DNA of 64,000 bases from the NCBI GenBank assembly GCA_963734495.1, contig CAVTHK010000011.1, forward strand, positions 160,001 to 224,000, written 5' to 3'. Of the stretch, positions 48,536 to 58,467 are shown piece after piece. The stretch's first letter is position 1; the number at the start of each line of letters is the position of its first letter. Origin of the DNA: an uncultured Spirochaetota bacterium. GTDB lineage: Bacteria > Spirochaetota > Spirochaetia > SZUA-6 > CAVTHK01. Both the position numbers and the translations under genes were made by a program. The notes beneath the pieces were generated by a model. That model did not search any database, had not been told where the DNA came from, and saw nothing but the letters and a program-made list of their open reading frames with translations.

Positions 48536-49267
48536 ATGGCAGCTCACAAGACGGTGACGCACGAGCAGTGGCTGGCCGCGCGCAAAAAGCACCTCGTCAA
48601 GGAGAAGGAGTTCACGCGACTTCGCGACCAGCTCAGCAAAGAACGGCGCGAGCTCCCCTGGGAGATAGTCGAGAAGGAATACGTCTTCGAGGGTGAGCGC
48701 GGCCGTCAAACCCTCGCGGACATGTTCGATCGGCGCAGCCAGCTCGTCATCTATCACGCGATGTTCAATCCCGAGACCGCTGGACCGGACACGACCTGGA
48801 CTGCGGACGCGATCTGCTTTGCCTGCTCGTTCTGGATGGACAACTTTAACGGCATCACGGTTCATCTGAATCACCGCGACATCACCATGGCCGCCGTGTC
48901 GCTGGCGCCGTATCCAAAGCTGGCCGCGTACAAGAAGAGGATGGGCTGGACGTTCCCCTGGCTCTCGTCGGTGGGCAGCGATTTCAACTTCGACTACCGC
49001 GTTTCGTTCACCAGAGACGAGCTCAAAGCGGGCAAGGCCGACTACAACTACCGGGTCGATTCCGCGTCGATGTCGGAGGCGCCGGGGATCAGCGTCTTCC
49101 TCAAGGACGAAGACGGTCGGATCTATCACACGTACTCCACGTACGCGCGCGGACTCGACATGCTCAACGTGGCCTATCACTACATGGACCTGGTGCCGAA
49201 GGGCCGCGATGAGGAAGGCGATGGCGGCATGTCGTGGCTTCGACGCCGCGACGAGTATCGCGACTGA
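48536..49267 (+). CDS. DUF899 thioredoxin-like protein
   Basis: WLAARK.HL.KEKEFTR.RD, RRELPW, C..CSF..D, YKKRMGWTFPW.SS, YHTYSTYARG, PKGRDE. Confidence 0.92.
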   Translation: MAAHKTVTHEQWLAARKKHLVKEKEFTRLRDQLSKERRELPWEIVEKEYVFEGERGRQTLADMFDRRSQLVIYHAMFNPETAGPDTTWTADAICFACSFWMDNFNGITVHLNHRDITMAAVSLAPYPKLAAYKKRMGWTFPWLSSVGSDFNFDYRVSFTRDELKAGKADYNYRVDSASMSEAPGISVFLKDEDGRIYHTYSTYARGLDMLNVAYHYMDLVPKGRDEEGDGGMSWLRRRDEYRD

Positions 49268-50079
49268 TGTCCACTATCAAGCTGCTGTCCGCGATCGGGC
49301 TGCTCCGGCCGGCGCGAGGGCGCGCGTTCTGTCCCGCGTGCAAGGGGTGGCTGGGAGGCGACGATGGCGGGAGCGCGGCGTCGGCGCGCGAGATCGCGCC
49401 GCCCGCGCTGGCCGCCGGGGTGGTTCTTGTCGCAGCCGTAGTCGCCTGGATCGTAGTCATCGAGCAGTCGAGGTCGACGGGCGACATGGCGATGGGCCTC
49501 GGATCGCCGGGTTCTTTCGCCGCGGGGTGGCTGCTGATGATGGCGGCGATGATGCTGCCGTCAGCGCTCCCACTGGTGTTCGAGTTCGCGCACCATTCAG
49601 AGCGCCGCCCAGGCTGGCAGGTCGCCACCGGCCTTCTCAGCGCCACCTATCTGGCCGTCTGGCTTGCCTTTGGCGTCGCGGCCTACCTCGTGTACGGCGC
49701 CCTCCGAATGCCCTGGGCCGATCAGCGCCTGATCGGCGGCGCTTCGCTGGTGCTCGCCGGCATCTATGCGGTCACGCCGCTCAAGCGCGCGAGCGAGGCG
49801 CGCTGCCGTGAGCTGTGCGCGCTGCATGGCCCGCTGCCGTTCAACCTGCACCGCAGCGCCGTGCTGGCGGGAGCGCGGTACGGTGTCAGCTGCATCGGCT
49901 GCAGCGCGGGGCTGATGGTCGCGGCGGTCCTGATCGGGATGTCCAGCCTCGGCTGGATGGCGGTCCTCACCGGGCTCGTGATCCTCTACAAGCTGGCTCC
50001 GGCGGGCGGTACCGGGCCGAGGACCGTGCTGGCGGTTGCGGTGGCGGCGCTCGGCGTCCTCTACGCGTTCGGCGCGTAG
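49267..50079 (+). CDS. DUF2182 predicted metal-binding integral membrane protein
   Basis: W.LMMAAMMLPS, YLAVW..FG, Y..TPLK...C...C, G.RYG.SCIGC..GLM; TGATG overlap with DUF899. Confidence 0.88.
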   Translation: MSTIKLLSAIGLLRPARGRAFCPACKGWLGGDDGGSAASAREIAPPALAAGVVLVAAVVAWIVVIEQSRSTGDMAMGLGSPGSFAAGWLLMMAAMMLPSALPLVFEFAHHSERRPGWQVATGLLSATYLAVWLAFGVAAYLVYGALRMPWADQRLIGGASLVLAGIYAVTPLKRASEARCRELCALHGPLPFNLHRSAVLAGARYGVSCIGCSAGLMVAAVLIGMSSLGWMAVLTGLVILYKLAPAGGTGPRTVLAVAVAALGVLYAFGA

Positions 50080-50124
50080 TCGGAAGACCCGGTAAGCCTC
50101 GGCTGCCTCGGGTTCCGTGGCGCA

Positions 50125-50418
50125 ATGGCGGCCAGCAGCGCGGCCACGCGACCGTGCGCAACATGGCCGCCCAGGGAGGACCCGATAGACCGCAAGACTT
50201 TGCTCGATGGCCTCGAGCTGAACCCGCGGGTGCTCGCGGAGCTCGTGTCCGCGACCGGAGCGGACGCTCCATCTCGCAAGACCGCAGTGCACCCGGAGTA
50301 CGAGAGAAACGGCTTTGAGCTCCTCGTGCGACACATCGCGCTGCACGACGGCATGCACCTCGCGCGGATCGAGGACCTCTGGCTTCTCGAGGACGGAAGC
50401 CTCAAGCCCACGGAGTAA
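50125..50418 (+). pseudogene. Probable DinB-family remnant (internally deleted)
   Basis: LLDGLELNPRVLAELV (DinB N-helix-like) joined almost directly to HPEYE...LVRHIALHDGMHLARIE (C-terminal HxxxH-like). Confidence 0.5.
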
Positions 50419-50715
50419 GGGCGGAGCTTCTCGCGCAGATTCATGGCGCACTTCGGGGAGCCGTCGCCGGCCCGGTCGCGCGGTGCGCCTGCCCCTTGGC
50501 CGCGCCGGCGGTCACGCCGGCAGTGATTCCCTCGCTGAGCACGAAGTAGAGAAACAGCTCCCTCCTCGAACGCCGCCGTCAGGCCGCCGTCAGGCGGGCA
50601 TAGCGTTTGGTGCCGATCTCGGTCGCCCTGAGCACGGTTCTTGACCATCTGAGTAATCATAGCGATCTTTTGACGACGCCAGCGCTCGCTGAATAGACAT
50701 AGGAGGACGAGACCG

Positions 50716-52143
50716 ATGAGCTCGATGACTGTGGTCCGCCGGGATGGAGCTCCACTCGAACTGGAGTTGAAACAGGTCGATGCACTGAAGGCCGCGCTGC
50801 GAGGGACACTGCTGCGCTCGGGCGACGACGGGTACGCCGACGCGCGCTCGGTCTGGAACGGGATGATCGATCGCCGGCCCGCGCTCATCGCACGCTGCGT
50901 CGGCGTCTCCGACATCCTGGCCGGCGTCAAGTTCGCGCGCGAGACCGGAATCGCGCTGTCGATAAAGGGCGGCGGGCACAACATCGCCGGCCTCGCCGTC
51001 GCCGAACGCGGGCTCATGCTGGATCTCTCCCTGATGCGCGGGGTGTGGGTCGACGCCAAGGCACGCGTTGCCGGCGCCCAGCCGGGCTGCCTGCTCGGCG
51101 ACGTGGATCGTGAGACCCAACTGCACGGCCTGGCGGCCGTCCTCGGCTTCGTCTCGATGACCGGGATCGCCGGGTTGACCCTGGGAGGCGGCTTCGGCTA
51201 CGCGTCGCGGCGTTTCGGGTGGACCGCCGACAATGTCCGCTCGATGGACCTGGTCACCGCAGATGGCAGGCTCGTACATGCCAGCCAGGAGGAAAACACA
51301 GACCTGTTCTGGGGCCTGTGCGGCGGCGGCGGGAACTTCGGCGTTGTGACCAATATCGCGTACGACCTCCATCCTCTCGGGCCCGAGATCTTCGGCGGTG
51401 GGATCGCGTGGCCAGCGGCATCCGCGCCGGATGTGCTGTCGATGTTCCAGGAGGTCGCGGAGTCGGCGCCCCCGGAGCTCACCGTCGTCGCCGTCCTGCG
51501 GATCGCGCCGCCCGCGCCGTGGATCGACAAGGAGTCTCACGGCAAGCCCATCATCGCGGTGTTCGCGTGCCACACCGGCAAAGTGGAAGACGGCGAAAAG
51601 CTGCTGGCGCCGGTCAAGCGGTTCGGGAAGCCGGTCGGCGACATCATCCAGCGCCGATCGTACGTCTCGCAGCAGAGTCTCCTGGACGCTACGCAACCAA
51701 AGGGACGGCGCTACTACTGGAAGTCGGAGTATCTGCCCGGGCTGTCTCACGAGCTGCTGGACTCCGCGATCGAAAACGCGCGCAGCCTCCGGTCCCCGCA
51801 CTCCGCCATCATCCTTTTCCAGCTCGGCGGGGCCCTCGCAAAACACAGCAACGATCACTCGGCGGTCGGAAACCGCGATGCGGCCTTCGTGCTGAACATC
51901 ACGGCGGCCTGGGACAAGCAGGACGACGACAACGCCAACGTCGAGTGGGCGCGCGCCGCCTGGCGCGACATGAAGCGATTCTCCACCGGTGGCACCTACA
52001 TCAACTTCCTCACCGAAGAGGAGGCCGACGGGCGCATCCAGGCGGCGTACGGCGCCAACTTCGCGCGCCTCACGCAGCTAAAGGCGGACTGGGACCCGCT
52101 CAATCTCTTCCGGATGAACAAGAACATCGCGCCGGCGAGGTAG
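50716..52143 (+). CDS. FAD-binding oxidoreductase (VAO/BBE family)
   Basis: WNGMIDRRPALIARC, KGGGHNIAG (FAD His), GLTLGGGFG, LFWGLCGGGGNFGVVT, YINF, WDPLNLFRMNKNI; AGGAGG RBS. Confidence 0.93.
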   Translation: MSSMTVVRRDGAPLELELKQVDALKAALRGTLLRSGDDGYADARSVWNGMIDRRPALIARCVGVSDILAGVKFARETGIALSIKGGGHNIAGLAVAERGLMLDLSLMRGVWVDAKARVAGAQPGCLLGDVDRETQLHGLAAVLGFVSMTGIAGLTLGGGFGYASRRFGWTADNVRSMDLVTADGRLVHASQEENTDLFWGLCGGGGNFGVVTNIAYDLHPLGPEIFGGGIAWPAASAPDVLSMFQEVAESAPPELTVVAVLRIAPPAPWIDKESHGKPIIAVFACHTGKVEDGEKLLAPVKRFGKPVGDIIQRRSYVSQQSLLDATQPKGRRYYWKSEYLPGLSHELLDSAIENARSLRSPHSAIILFQLGGALAKHSNDHSAVGNRDAAFVLNITAAWDKQDDDNANVEWARAAWRDMKRFSTGGTYINFLTEEEADGRIQAAYGANFARLTQLKADWDPLNLFRMNKNIAPAR

Positions 52144-52189
52144 CGGAGGCGCCTATCGATTCCTCTCCGTGTCTCCAGGAAGGGATCTC

Positions 52190-53413
52190 CTACTCGACGC
52201 TCGTCGAGATGCTGAACGTGAGCCTGTTTCGGAAGGGGAGGACGAGCAGCTCACTCGGCTCCTCGGCGGACGCGCGAAACGCGTGAGCCACCTCGTAGCG
52301 AGCGGCCAACGACGTCCCCTGACGAAGCTCCCATTCGAGGTCGACGGCGAGCCGGGCGAGCAGGCTCTCGATGCCCAGTATTCCCGACACTCCCAGCAGG
52401 AGAGGGCGCGCGACTGCGACATCGGCGAGCGCGACGGAGGCATAGTGACGCCGGAATCCTCCGAGGGCAGAGAGAGAGCCCGGTATCTGCGCGCCGGCCG
52501 GAGATCCCGCCGCCTGCCACCCGTCGTAGCGGGAGACGAACGTTCGCGCTTCCTGCGAGGTGAAACCATCTCCGTTGAAGAAGTACTCCATGACCAGTGT
52601 CGCGGGCCGCGTGAGGCCAAGATCCACCTGTACGAGCGCTCCTCCCGCGGCTCTGACGACGGCATGGTTCCTGCCGTCTAGATCCTCCACCGCGCCCATG
52701 CCGGGGAACAGATACGAGCTTTCCCTTCCCCAGCGCAGCTCCGATTCCTCGTAGAAGACGACGGGACCCACCGACCACGCGCTGTCGCTCAGGAGCCCGA
52801 GCCGGTCCGAGCGATCCGGGTCTCCGTACTTCACGACGCCGAGCCCGAAATCGAGTCCGGCGTCCTTGATCACGTACTCGACACGCGCCGCTGCCCGGCT
52901 CCAGCGCAGCTCGGATGCCGGCAGCGCCGCGAGACTCACGCCGAGACTGTCGTTCGGAAAGATGTCGAGCTTGATCCCCGAAACACCGGGGAGGAAAGGA
53001 CGCACGTCGAGCGGATTGGCCCGGGCTTCCAGGATATCGATCGGCGCAAAGACCTTCGCCGTCCCCCAGTTCAGGCGCTGTCGGCCCGCCGAAACGCTCA
53101 TGCCCTCGGCGGGAGACACTTTCACGAAGAGCTGAGCGATCAGCGCGTCGGGGGAAGGCGCCGTGTCCAGCTCCAGCGGGACGACAAAGTCCCCCACGAC
53201 CTCCAGGCCGAGGGGTGTGCGGACGTTGAGCGATACACCCGCTTCCTGGCTCCCGGTCCACGAGTCGCTCGCGTTCACCGTGTCGCTGGCGGCAAGCTGG
53301 TAGTAGGCATCGCCCCAGATTCTGGGTGCCGATGTTCCTGCCTGCTCCTCCGCGGATGACGCGGCGGCCACAGCCGCGAGCATCACCAAAATGAAGGTTC
53401 CGTTACGCATCAT
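52190..53413 (-). CDS. Putative outer-membrane beta-barrel associated with the Lol-like exporter
   Basis: Signal peptide; AGRQRLNWG, P.DIL, EYFFNGDG; amphipathic strands; last gene of the ABC operon. Confidence 0.65.
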   Translation of the reverse strand: MMRNGTFILVMLAAVAAASSAEEQAGTSAPRIWGDAYYQLAASDTVNASDSWTGSQEAGVSLNVRTPLGLEVVGDFVVPLELDTAPSPDALIAQLFVKVSPAEGMSVSAGRQRLNWGTAKVFAPIDILEARANPLDVRPFLPGVSGIKLDIFPNDSLGVSLAALPASELRWSRAAARVEYVIKDAGLDFGLGVVKYGDPDRSDRLGLLSDSAWSVGPVVFYEESELRWGRESSYLFPGMGAVEDLDGRNHAVVRAAGGALVQVDLGLTRPATLVMEYFFNGDGFTSQEARTFVSRYDGWQAAGSPAGAQIPGSLSALGGFRRHYASVALADVAVARPLLLGVSGILGIESLLARLAVDLEWELRQGTSLAARYEVAHAFRASAEEPSELLVLPFRNRLTFSISTSVE

Positions 53414-54077
53414 GGACCACTCCGTCTACTATCCGCACCACGCGGTGAGCCATCCGCATCACTTGCTCGTCGTGGCTGGCGATGACGAACGTGGTGCCCT
53501 GCTCCCCGTGCAGCCGCTTCACGAGCTGGAGGACGGCGGCCCCATTCACGGAGTCGAGGTTGGCAGTCGGCTCGTCGGCGAACACCACCTGCGGCTGCGT
53601 GACCAGCGCTCGCGCGATGGCAACCCTCTGGCGCTGGCCGCCCGAGAGCTCGTCGGGACGGTGGCGGAGATGCTCGCTGATGCCGACCTCCTGCGACATG
53701 GCGAGGATGCGCCGGCGTCGCTCCGCCGCCGGCACCTTCTGGACGATGAGCGGGAACTCGATGTTCTCGTAGGCGCTCAGGACCGGCACAAGGTTGAAAG
53801 ACTGGAAGATGAAGGCGATCCGCTCGCGGCGGAACCGGTGCCTCGCCCGGGAATTGAGGGATGCAACCGCGACCCCGTCGAACAGGAAGTCGCCGCTCGT
53901 CGGCTCGTCCAGCAGCCCGAGGATGTTGAGCAGCGTCGACTTGCCGGCTCCGGAGGGTCCCACAACGCAGAGGTGCTCGCCTCTGGCAATGTCCAGGGAG
54001 ACGCCACGCAGCGCGCGGACCGTTGTCCTGCCCAGTGGGTACTCCTTGACGATATCCCGAGCTGAAATAAAGCCCAT
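53403..54077 (-). CDS. LolD/MacB-type ABC ATPase
   Basis: GPSGAGKSTLLN, FIFQSFNL, LSGGQRQRVAIARAL, ADEPTANLD. Confidence 0.93.
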   Translation of the reverse strand: MGFISARDIVKEYPLGRTTVRALRGVSLDIARGEHLCVVGPSGAGKSTLLNILGLLDEPTSGDFLFDGVAVASLNSRARHRFRRERIAFIFQSFNLVPVLSAYENIEFPLIVQKVPAAERRRRILAMSQEVGISEHLRHRPDELSGGQRQRVAIARALVTQPQVVFADEPTANLDSVNGAAVLQLVKRLHGEQGTTFVIASHDEQVMRMAHRVVRIVDGVVHDA

Positions 54078-54078
54078 C

Positions 54079-54834
54079 TCAGTACCTCTCTTCCAGGCGC
54101 GCCTCGAGATTGCGGCGGTTGAACACGCTGTCGGGCAGATCCATCGGCTTCTCCCTCAGCAGAGTGAGGGTGTTCACCGCGCCCGGATCCAACGGCGAGA
54201 TGACGGTCACTACCACGGGCTTGGGGCCCGCCCCGATATCTTTCACGTCGGAATAGCGGATCTCCTTGACCACGCTGCCGTTGCGGGCGTAGCAGACTCC
54301 CCGGACCGGCCATCCGCCCTGGCGCGCAATGTTCAGAACGATCCTGTAGTACGGTGCGTTGCGGTCCTTCGCGACGAGATCGAGCCTGTATGCCTCGCGG
54401 TCGGAGGACACGAGAGTCGCCGTGTAGTTGTCGGAAAAGTTGAGCCGCACGACGTCCCCGTACGAGAATCCCGTGCCGCCGAAGGATTGATTGGATGGCA
54501 CCTTCATCACCCGGTTGATCCGTCTCTCGTACGCCCACACGTTCTGCTCGATCATGAGGAGATCGTTGCCGGCGTCCGCCGGGGGCGCGGTCATTCGCAC
54601 GATGATCTTTTGATTCCTGTCGCGCGTGTAGTAGGTCGCGGCGTGGTCCTCCGTTCTGCCGTCGGCAGCCCGGAAGTGGAGGACCGCTTCGGCTCGCGCG
54701 TTCGGGTACATGATCCGCTCCGCCCGCCGGATCAGCTCGTCGGGATCCACGGGGCCCGCTTCCTGGGCGGAGACACTGCCGGCCAGCACGGCGGTCGAAA
54801 GAAGCGTGGCGAAAAAGCATGTCTTGGCCTTCAT
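54079..54834 (-). CDS. Outer-membrane lipoprotein-sorting (LolA-like) protein
   Basis: Signal peptide; P..DAG...L.....W.Y......V; SFGGTGFSYGD; LPDSVF...L. Confidence 0.8.
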   Translation of the reverse strand: MKAKTCFFATLLSTAVLAGSVSAQEAGPVDPDELIRRAERIMYPNARAEAVLHFRAADGRTEDHAATYYTRDRNQKIIVRMTAPPADAGNDLLMIEQNVWAYERRINRVMKVPSNQSFGGTGFSYGDVVRLNFSDNYTATLVSSDREAYRLDLVAKDRNAPYYRIVLNIARQGGWPVRGVCYARNGSVVKEIRYSDVKDIGAGPKPVVVTVISPLDPGAVNTLTLLREKPMDLPDSVFNRRNLEARLEERY

Positions 54835-54839
54835 GGGAA

Positions 54840-56105
54840 TCACTCCGTCTCCCGCAGCGCGGCGAGTGGTGGAACGCGCAGCCGTGCTCTCAGCGTCGTC
54901 ATCGCGGTGACCGCGGTGAGGGCGGTGGTTACGCCGAAGATGAAAAGCAGAGTTCCGGGACTGAAACCGAGCGAGATGCTGCTCCCCCCGATGAGGAGCT
55001 GGAACCCCGGGTTCTCGGTCGTAAGGGCCAGGCCGTTGACCGCGGCCCGCGCGACGAGGCCGAGGACCACTCCGGCCAGCGTCGCGCACAGGTTGATCAC
55101 GAGGATCTCCAGCGTGTACAGCGCAACGAGCGGGCCTTTGTCGCTGCCCAGGCAGTAGAACGTGCCGATCTCGCGCTTCCTGTCGAAGAGGTTCACGGAG
55201 ACCACGCTCATGATGCCGAACGAGGTGACGCCGATGATGAGGAGGCTGGCCGCCATGAACACGAGGCGCAGCAGCTCGTAGATGCCGAACGTGTCGCGCG
55301 GGATGTCCTTGAAGTCCCAGAACTCGAGGTCCAGCCCGCGGCGCTCCGCCCAGGAGCGCAGCTGCTGGATCGCTCGGCCGCGGCTCGCGCCCTGCTTGAG
55401 GTCGACGAAGAGGGACATTGTCTCGTCCGGGGAGAAGCCGGAGATGAGGGCGTAGGCGGTCCTGTTCATGAACGCGTGGTCCACGAGATAGGGCATGTCC
55501 TGCCTGGGAGCGTAGAAGCCCGTGAGGAGCGCGTCCTGGACGACGACCTGCCCGAACAGGTCCTTTCCGACGATCTTTACCGGGTCTCCCGGTCGTATCC
55601 GCATGGTCGACGCGGTTCGCCAGTGCAGAATGACCTCCGGCCTGTCCTGGGAATCGAAGAACGATCCCTCGGTCATGCGGACGTAGTCGCTTACGATCCA
55701 GCCCTCTGACGGATCGACGCCCCGGAACAGGAAGTCGCGGTACTTGCGGCCGCCGGCGAAGACGCTGAGCGAAAGCGGTGTGGTGGGAGCGCAGGCCCTG
55801 CGGACGAACGGCATCGCGCGGAGGTCATCCAGAAGCGCGGGATATCCCTTGATGCTCATCGTCGAGGCACGACGCCATTCCTCGCCCTCGTCCTCCGCGG
55901 CCTTGAGGCCTCGTGCGTAGACCGCAACGTCCGCCGACGGGCTCAGCAGCGCGAGAAACCCCTTGCGCGCGTTCTCCATCTGTCCGTCCGAGAACGTCAT
56001 GAAGATGAAAACGACAAGGACGGCCAGGCCGACCACGGTTGCCATGATGAGACTCCGCTGGCCGTGCGCGAGAACGTTGCGAAGAGCGAGCTTGAGCGTC
56101 ATCAT
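54840..56105 (-). CDS. FtsX/LolE-type ABC permease
   Basis: LKLALRNVL, large periplasmic loop, DRKREIGT...LG, three C-terminal TM helices, P..ALRE. Confidence 0.88.
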   Translation of the reverse strand: MMTLKLALRNVLAHGQRSLIMATVVGLAVLVVFIFMTFSDGQMENARKGFLALLSPSADVAVYARGLKAAEDEGEEWRRASTMSIKGYPALLDDLRAMPFVRRACAPTTPLSLSVFAGGRKYRDFLFRGVDPSEGWIVSDYVRMTEGSFFDSQDRPEVILHWRTASTMRIRPGDPVKIVGKDLFGQVVVQDALLTGFYAPRQDMPYLVDHAFMNRTAYALISGFSPDETMSLFVDLKQGASRGRAIQQLRSWAERRGLDLEFWDFKDIPRDTFGIYELLRLVFMAASLLIIGVTSFGIMSVVSVNLFDRKREIGTFYCLGSDKGPLVALYTLEILVINLCATLAGVVLGLVARAAVNGLALTTENPGFQLLIGGSSISLGFSPGTLLFIFGVTTALTAVTAMTTLRARLRVPPLAALRETE

Positions 56106-57721
56106 CAGGACGCCTCCTTGAGCAGCTCGACAGGCGAAGCACGCACGAGACGCCGCAACGGGATAAGCGAGGCGACTGCCGACAGCAGGACGAAGAGGCC
56201 GAGGCTGATCCCGAGGTGAGACGGCGTAAAGTCGAGAAAGAGCCTGCCTTGCGGCATGAAAATGATTCCTGGAACTCCCACGACATGGAACACGAGGATG
56301 ACACCGACTCCCAGCGCGGAGCCGACGACCCACGATACGCAGACGAGCGTGAGCGTTTCCCCGAGGAGGACCATCGCGTTGGCGCCCGGCGAGAGCCCGA
56401 GCGCGATCGCGGTCCCGATCTCCCGCCTTCGCCTGATGAGCGAGAGGAGCACCGAGTTGACCGTGAAGATGGCCACCGCGGCCATGAACAGCCCGATGAG
56501 GACCATCGTGAGAATACGGAAGCCCGAGGCCGCGGAGAGGAAGAGCTGGCCCAGCTCCACGTAGTCCCGGACTACCAGCCCTTTGCCGTAGAGAGAGAGC
56601 CACTGCTCGATCTCACGCTTCGCAGCCGCAGTATCCTCGTTCGATTTCAGTCGGACGTAGATGCTGGTCCCTGCACGATCCGCGAGCCCGAGCCACCCCC
56701 TCAGGGCCCGCGAGTCCACGTAGTAGTTGTAGAAGAACATGGGCAGCCGCTGGACGTACGCCGTGATCCTGATCGGAATCACGGCGGGTTTCGCGAGAGG
56801 GTCGTCGCCGCGCGCGGCGGGCACGGCCATGGTGTACGAGACATTCAGGTTGATCGTGTCCCGCACGGGCGTGATCGCGTCGGGATACACGGACTCGAGG
56901 AGGCGCTTTCGAAGCACTCTGACCTGCGATGCCGCGCGCTGTGTATCGGTGCCGGGCTCGAAGGACGCGAGCGCTGCCTGCGCATCGTCGATGCGGTAGT
57001 CGTAGCCCTCTCGGGTCCGCGCCGGAAGGAGATCCGGAAGGTCCGCTCGACCGAGGGCGCGGTTCATCGCGGACAGAAACGCCTCGTCAGTCATGCCCTT
57101 TGCTCCAGGGAACAGCGCGGGCATCTCGGCGAGGACGCGTGCCTTGAACGCTTCCCACGCAGGCCCCGTCAGCCGGAAGTTTCTGCGCGTGAACTGATCG
57201 TTGTCGCGGATGACCTCCCAGAACTCCAGCGGAGGCCGGAAGACGGGAACGTCGGGCATTCCCTCGCGCCACGCCAGATCGCGTGAACCCTCGAGGACCG
57301 TCACGCCGGGGAGGGTCTGCGGAAGATCCTCCGGGTCCACGCCGACGAGCGACGGCGCGAAGCTGGTCTGCTCCCCTTCGATCGTGAAGATCGCAGCCCG
57401 GGTCTCCACCGCGAGCATGGCGTGCGACACTCCTGGGAGCGAGGAGAGGAAGCTCTGGAGATCGGGGGAGTAGTCCAGGAGCGCCAGTCCCTCGCGCTGG
57501 TCGGCGAACGCCATGTCCAGGACCTTCGGCGACTCGGACGGCAGGATCTGCAGGTGTGCCGTCGCCGCATCGATTCCGAGATGCCGGAATTGACTGACAA
57601 AGCTGTCGCGGAAGGACAAGCAGAACAGGACCGCCGCGCTGCAGGCAGCCAGCAGGACGAAGAGACGCTTCCCCGCGGCGCGGTGTCGCTGAAGGCCGCG
57701 CACCATGAGCTTCAGGTACAT
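56105..57721 (-). CDS. FtsX/LolC-type ABC permease with an enlarged periplasmic domain
   Basis: MYLKLMVRGL, RRRREIGTAIALG, SPVELLKE; GGAGG RBS. Confidence 0.85.
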   Translation of the reverse strand: MYLKLMVRGLQRHRAAGKRLFVLLAACSAAVLFCLSFRDSFVSQFRHLGIDAATAHLQILPSESPKVLDMAFADQREGLALLDYSPDLQSFLSSLPGVSHAMLAVETRAAIFTIEGEQTSFAPSLVGVDPEDLPQTLPGVTVLEGSRDLAWREGMPDVPVFRPPLEFWEVIRDNDQFTRRNFRLTGPAWEAFKARVLAEMPALFPGAKGMTDEAFLSAMNRALGRADLPDLLPARTREGYDYRIDDAQAALASFEPGTDTQRAASQVRVLRKRLLESVYPDAITPVRDTINLNVSYTMAVPAARGDDPLAKPAVIPIRITAYVQRLPMFFYNYYVDSRALRGWLGLADRAGTSIYVRLKSNEDTAAAKREIEQWLSLYGKGLVVRDYVELGQLFLSAASGFRILTMVLIGLFMAAVAIFTVNSVLLSLIRRRREIGTAIALGLSPGANAMVLLGETLTLVCVSWVVGSALGVGVILVFHVVGVPGIIFMPQGRLFLDFTPSHLGISLGLFVLLSAVASLIPLRRLVRASPVELLKEAS

Positions 57722-57766
57722 GAGCGATGCTCCTCCGGCCGGCCTCCGTTCGCGAGTCGTCGGCGC

Positions 57767-57795
57767 TTGTACGCTCGTGGCAAAGCCGGTAGACT
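57767..57795 (+). promoter_or_regulatory. sigma70-type promoter of the TetR gene
   Basis: TTGTAC, 17 nt, TAGACT, 12 nt upstream of the ATG. Confidence 0.5.
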
Positions 57796-57807
57796 CGCCG
57801 GGACACA

Positions 57808-58467
57808 ATGGAACTGAGTGAGCTGCTTGGCGGGCACGAGGACATTTCGCGCTATCCGCCGGAACGCCGGATCCTCATCGCCACCCTCGATTGCATCCAC
57901 GAGCTCGGCCTGGAGGCCGCCACCGTACGGGCGATTGCGGCGCGCGCGGGCGTCAATCCCGCCGCCGTCAACTACTACTATCGCTCCAAGGACCGGCTGA
58001 TCGAGGAGGCTCTCCGGGGAGCGTGGTCCCACGTTGCCGACGACATCGCGCTGATCATCAAGGAGAGCGTGGACGCCGACGCAGCGGCGCGCTTCGTGGT
58101 CCGGTACCTCATGGAGGGCACGATTAGGAGCCCCCGGGTCGTGCACGCCATCGTCGTCCAGCACCCGGCGCTCCACGCCGAGGTGGGAGCGTTCTTCAGA
58201 GCGCTGTTCGCCCGGCTGGAGCAGGCGGGACGCCGGCAGAAAACGAGCCTCACGGCCCTGCTTCTCCTCGCCGTTTCCGTCTTTGTCTCCGTGGCGCCGG
58301 AAGCGGCCGGCGCTCTCTGCGGAGCGGACTTCGCCAGCGAGCGGACGCGCGGGCGTCTGTGGAACGACCTGAGCGATCTGTTGCTCGCCTCCCCCGGCGT
58401 CCCTTCGCGACGGGTCCGTGCCCGCGCTTCGCGCGCGCATCAGAAGGCCTCCCCAAGGTTGAAGTAG
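57808..58467 (+). CDS. TetR/AcrR family regulator
   Basis: RILIATLDCIHELGLEAATVRAIAARAGVNPAAVNYYYRSKDRL; 3' end overlaps the convergent Omp85 gene. Confidence 0.9.
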   Translation: MELSELLGGHEDISRYPPERRILIATLDCIHELGLEAATVRAIAARAGVNPAAVNYYYRSKDRLIEEALRGAWSHVADDIALIIKESVDADAAARFVVRYLMEGTIRSPRVVHAIVVQHPALHAEVGAFFRALFARLEQAGRRQKTSLTALLLLAVSVFVSVAPEAAGALCGADFASERTRGRLWNDLSDLLLASPGVPSRRVRARASRAHQKASPRLK

